NCBI GenBank assembly: GCA_052327205.1
Contig: JBMRGM010000036.1
Span: 85,374,001-85,438,000, forward strand
Direction of reading: 5' to 3'
DNA length: 64,000 nucleotides
Source: Somniosus microcephalus
Taxonomy: Eukaryota
Part shown: positions 60,918-64,000 of the stretch, in pieces
Position numbering within the stretch: position 1 is the stretch's first letter
Layout of the letters: every line of letters begins with the position of its first letter
Position numbers and translations under genes: made by a program
Notes under the pieces: generated by a model
Seen by the model: only the letters and a program-made list of their open reading frames with translations
Databases searched by the model: none
What the model was told of the DNA's origin: nothing

Positions 60918-62195
60918 TGCAAAATACTGCGGATGCTGGAAATCTGAAACAACAACAGAAAATGCTGGAAATACTCAGCAGGCCAGGCAGCATCCGTGGA
61001 GAGAGAAACAGAGTTAACGTTTCAGGTCTGGGACCCTTCATCAGAACTGGAAAAAGCTGGAGATGTAACAGATATTAAGCAGGTGCAGAGACAGCGGGGG
61101 GGGGGGTTAGGAGGGGAGGAAGAAATAGAAAGAACATCCTGTACTTTTGTAAGAGGCAGGAAAGATAAAATGTTGCAAATGGGAATGGCAAAAATCACAC
61201 CATGAAAAATGGGGGCAGGGATAATTAGCTGAAATTGTTGAACTCAATGTTGAGTCCGGCAGCCTGCAAAGTGCCCAATCGAAAGATGAGGTGCTGTTCC
61301 TCGAGCTTACGTTGAGCTTCATTGGAACAATGCAATAGCCCGAGGACAGAGAGATCAGAGTGGGAGTGAAGCGGTGAATTAAAGTGACAGGCGACCGGAA
61401 GCTCAGGGTCACCCGTACGGACTGAACGGAGGTGTTCCGCAAAGCGGTCGCCCAATCTGCGTTTGGTCTCCCCAATGTAGAGGAGACCGCATCGTGAGCA
61501 GCGAATACAGTATATTAAATTGCAAGAAGTACAAGTAAATCGCTGTTTCACCTGGAAGGGGTGTTTGGGGCCCTGGACAGTGGGAAGGGAGGAGGTAAAA
61601 GGGCATGTGTTGCATCTCCTGCGCTTGCACGGGAAGGTGCTGGGCGAAGGGGAAGGGGTACTGGGGGTGGTAGAGGAGTGGACCAGGGTGTCGCGGAGGG
61701 AGCGGTCCCTTCAGAATGCTGAAAGGGGAGGTGAGGGGAAGATGTGTTTGGTGGTGGGATCACGCTGGAGGTGGCGGAAATGGCGGAGGATGATCCGTTG
61801 AAGGTGGAGGCTGGTGGGGTGAAAGGTGAGGACAAGGGGAACCCTATCGTAGTTCTGGGAGGGAGGGGCAGGGGTGAGAGCAGAAGTGCGGGAAATAGAA
61901 CGGACACGGTCAAGGGCCGTGTCAACCACGGTAGAGGGGAATCCTCGGTTGAGGAAAAAGGAAGACATGTCAGAAGCACTAGTATGGAAGGTGGCATCGT
62001 CAGAACAGACGCGGCGGAGACGGAGAAACTGGGAGAATGGAATAGAGTCCTTACAGGAAGCGGGGTGGGAGGAAGTGTAGTCCAGGTAGCTGTGGGAGTC
62101 GGTGGGCTTGTAGTGGATGTTTGTTGAAAGCCGATCGCCAGAAATGGAGACGGAGAAGTCAAGGAAGGGAAGGGAAGAGTCGGAGATGGACCATG
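60918..62195 (-). mobile_element. Penelope-like retroelement, 5'-truncated (RT C-terminus plus GIY-YIG)
   Basis: LPFLD...YKPTD..YL.YTSSHP...SQFLRLRR; NLIYCIRCSRCGLLYIGETKR...EH; in-frame stop near 61711. Confidence 0.92.
61012..61048 (-). ncRNA. Minimal type I hammerhead ribozyme motif
   Basis: AGTT-CTGATGA-AGGGTCCCAGACCT-GAAACGTT-AACT: intact core, stems I and II, palindromic AACGTT. Confidence 0.8.
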
Positions 62196-63601
62196 AGCTG
62201 GGGTGAGCCCGGCGTTGCCGAGGCTTTTTCGAGGGCATGTTGTTATTGGAAGAGAGAGAGAGAGCGACTGGGGGGTGGGGGGGCGGCAGAGAGAGACTTG
62301 GGGGGGGGAACAGAGAGAGACTGCGGGGGGGGGAACAGAGAGAGACTGGGGGGGGGGAACAGAGAGAGATTGGGGGGGGAACAGAGAGAGACTGGGGGGT
62401 AACAGAGAGAGACTGGGGGGAGGGGGGAACAGAGAGAGACGGGGGGGGAACAGAGAGAGAATGGGGGGGGAACAGAGAAGCTCCCCCCCCCCGCGATTTC
62501 CCGAGGCTCTCCCCCCCCCCCGCGATTTCCCGAGGCTCTCCCCCCCCCCGCGATTTCCCGAGGCTCTCCCCCCCGCGATTTCCCGAGGCTCGCCCCCCCC
62601 GCGATCTCCCGAGGCTGTGTGCTGGCGTCACGGGGGCCGTGCGCATGCGTGCCGGCGTCAAGGCGGCTGCGCAACTGGCGGCCTCTTCATTTTTTTAAAA
62701 CTCATGCGTGCTGGCGTCACGGGGTGGCGGGCCGTGCGCATGCGTGGTTTCAAGACCGCCGGCGTGCCCCGTTGCCAGGGTAACGGGGCCGTGCGAATGC
62801 GTGCCGTCGTCAAGGCGGCCGCGCAACTGGCGGCCTCTTCTTTTTTTTTTAAACTCATCTTTCGCCGAGTAAGAGGAGATTAAATAAATAGAGAGCAGCA
62901 AAAGAGGAGGAGGGAGTAGGAGTCGCTCGGTAGGCCCATGCAAGAAGGACGGTAGATGTGAATAGGAGGCAGGGCTCGGCTGCCGGTTAACTAAGTGGCC
63001 CCTCGGGTCGGACGCAGGCCTGGTCTCGAACGAGGAGCCAACTGCCCTGCCCACCGCGTGCGCATTTGCTAAACACAATTTAAAACACAAATAAATTGTT
63101 ATTTAATTCCCTAACACATCATTAAAATATTTACCTTAGTTCCCTAACACACAGAAAGTGTGGGGGAAAAAATCGTGAAAAATCAAGATGGCGGCCACTC
63201 ACCTCGGTTCAGAAGGATAAGGCCGCCCACACACGCACCGATTGGTCGACCGATCAGGTCACCGAAGCGTAGGATTGGTCAATCGTCGAGTCACTCGACA
63301 CTCAACTGTAGGACGGCACGCGCCAGGAACCCGCCGTACGATTGGTCGACCTCGACGTCACACGGTTGCTAATGAGATGCTAATGAGCGGAACGCTGAAG
63401 GTTTTTCGGATACCGCGGGCGCGGTTTTTGTCCGGCCGAAACGTAAATACGCCTATGATCGGTCCGGAATCGCAAGCTTTCTTTTGAGGTGACGCGCGCG
63501 TCGGTACGCTCTGTAACTTTCAAACGTATAGAACACGGACAGACAGACAGACAGACAGACAGACATCAGGACAGACAGAAGAGCCGCTTTATATATATAG
63601 A
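62196..63601 (-). mobile_element. Non-autonomous Helitron with internal minisatellites and a promoter-like segment
   Basis: 5' A|TCTATATATATAAAG followed by (TGTC)n; 3' hairpin CGGC-AAC-GCCG; the terminus matches the CTAG-ended copy at 10476 except for the last 2 nt. Confidence 0.8.
62280..62615. repeat. Two adjacent minisatellites (about 22-bp G(n)AACAGAGAGAGACT; about 29-bp C(n)GCGATTTCCCGAGGCTCT, 5 copies)
   Basis: Visible tandem units. Confidence 0.9.
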
Positions 63602-64000
63602 TGAATTGGCCTCAACTGCCTTGTGTGGTAGAGAATTCCACAGGTTCACCACTCTCTGGGTGAAGAAATTCCTCTTCATCTCTGTCCTAAATGGCTTACC
63701 CCTTATCCTTAGACTGTGACCCCTGGTTCTGGACTCCCCCGCCATCGGGAACATCCTTCCTGCATCTAGTCTGTCTAGTCCTGTTAGAATTTTATAAGTT
63801 TCAATGAGATCCCCTCTCATTCTTCTAAACTCCAGCGAGTATAAGCCCAATCGACCCAATCTCTCTTCATACATCATTCCTGCCATCCCAGGTATCAGTC
63901 TGGTGAATCTTCGCTGCACTCCCTCCGTGACAAGAACATCCTTCCTCAGATAAGGCGACCAAAACTGCACACAATACTCAAGGTGTGGTCTCACCAAGGC
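63602..64000 (-). mobile_element. CR1 LINE fragment whose 3' end is cut by the Helitron
   Basis: ORF 63566-63997 has CR1 motifs up to VEANS and then runs into the Helitron 5' end. Confidence 0.88.

Noticed and set aside
61711-62661. 316-aa fusion ORF
   Set aside because: Chance read-through from Helitron minisatellites into a truncated Penelope RT.

Overview
Repeat-dense vertebrate genomic DNA, most likely a cartilaginous fish (inferred from the CR1/HER1-like LINE tails, Deu-domain SINEs and Penelope content). One host coding exon is recognisable: a 117-bp minus-strand macro-domain exon of a MACROD-family gene (53849-53965, MACROD1-like). The rest of the window appears intronic and is a layered transposon landscape. 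It holds two full-length Gypsy LTR retrotransposons: a decayed one (956-5372) and one with an intact ~1322-aa gag-pol ORF and ~99% identical LTRs (23436-28804). The intact Gypsy is nested in a complete but dead two-gene PIF/Harbinger transposon (23205-32777), which itself splits a CR1. Also present are a full-length Sola2 DNA transposon with a spliced transposase pseudogene (10294-17011), five Harbinger-type and two Tc1/mariner-type MITEs, two non-autonomous Helitrons, Penelope fragments carrying minimal hammerhead ribozymes, four related solo LTRs, RTE/CR1/L2-type LINE fragments and SINEs. The most intriguing signal is the Helitron at 62196-63601. It carries a CpG-rich promoter-like module (three CCAAT boxes on a ~33-bp grid, CRE, YY1 and NRF1-like motifs) plus a splice donor, pointing in the host gene's direction about 9 kb upstream of the macro-domain exon. 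An assembly gap lies at 11040-11326. Coordinates of degraded fragments are approximate.
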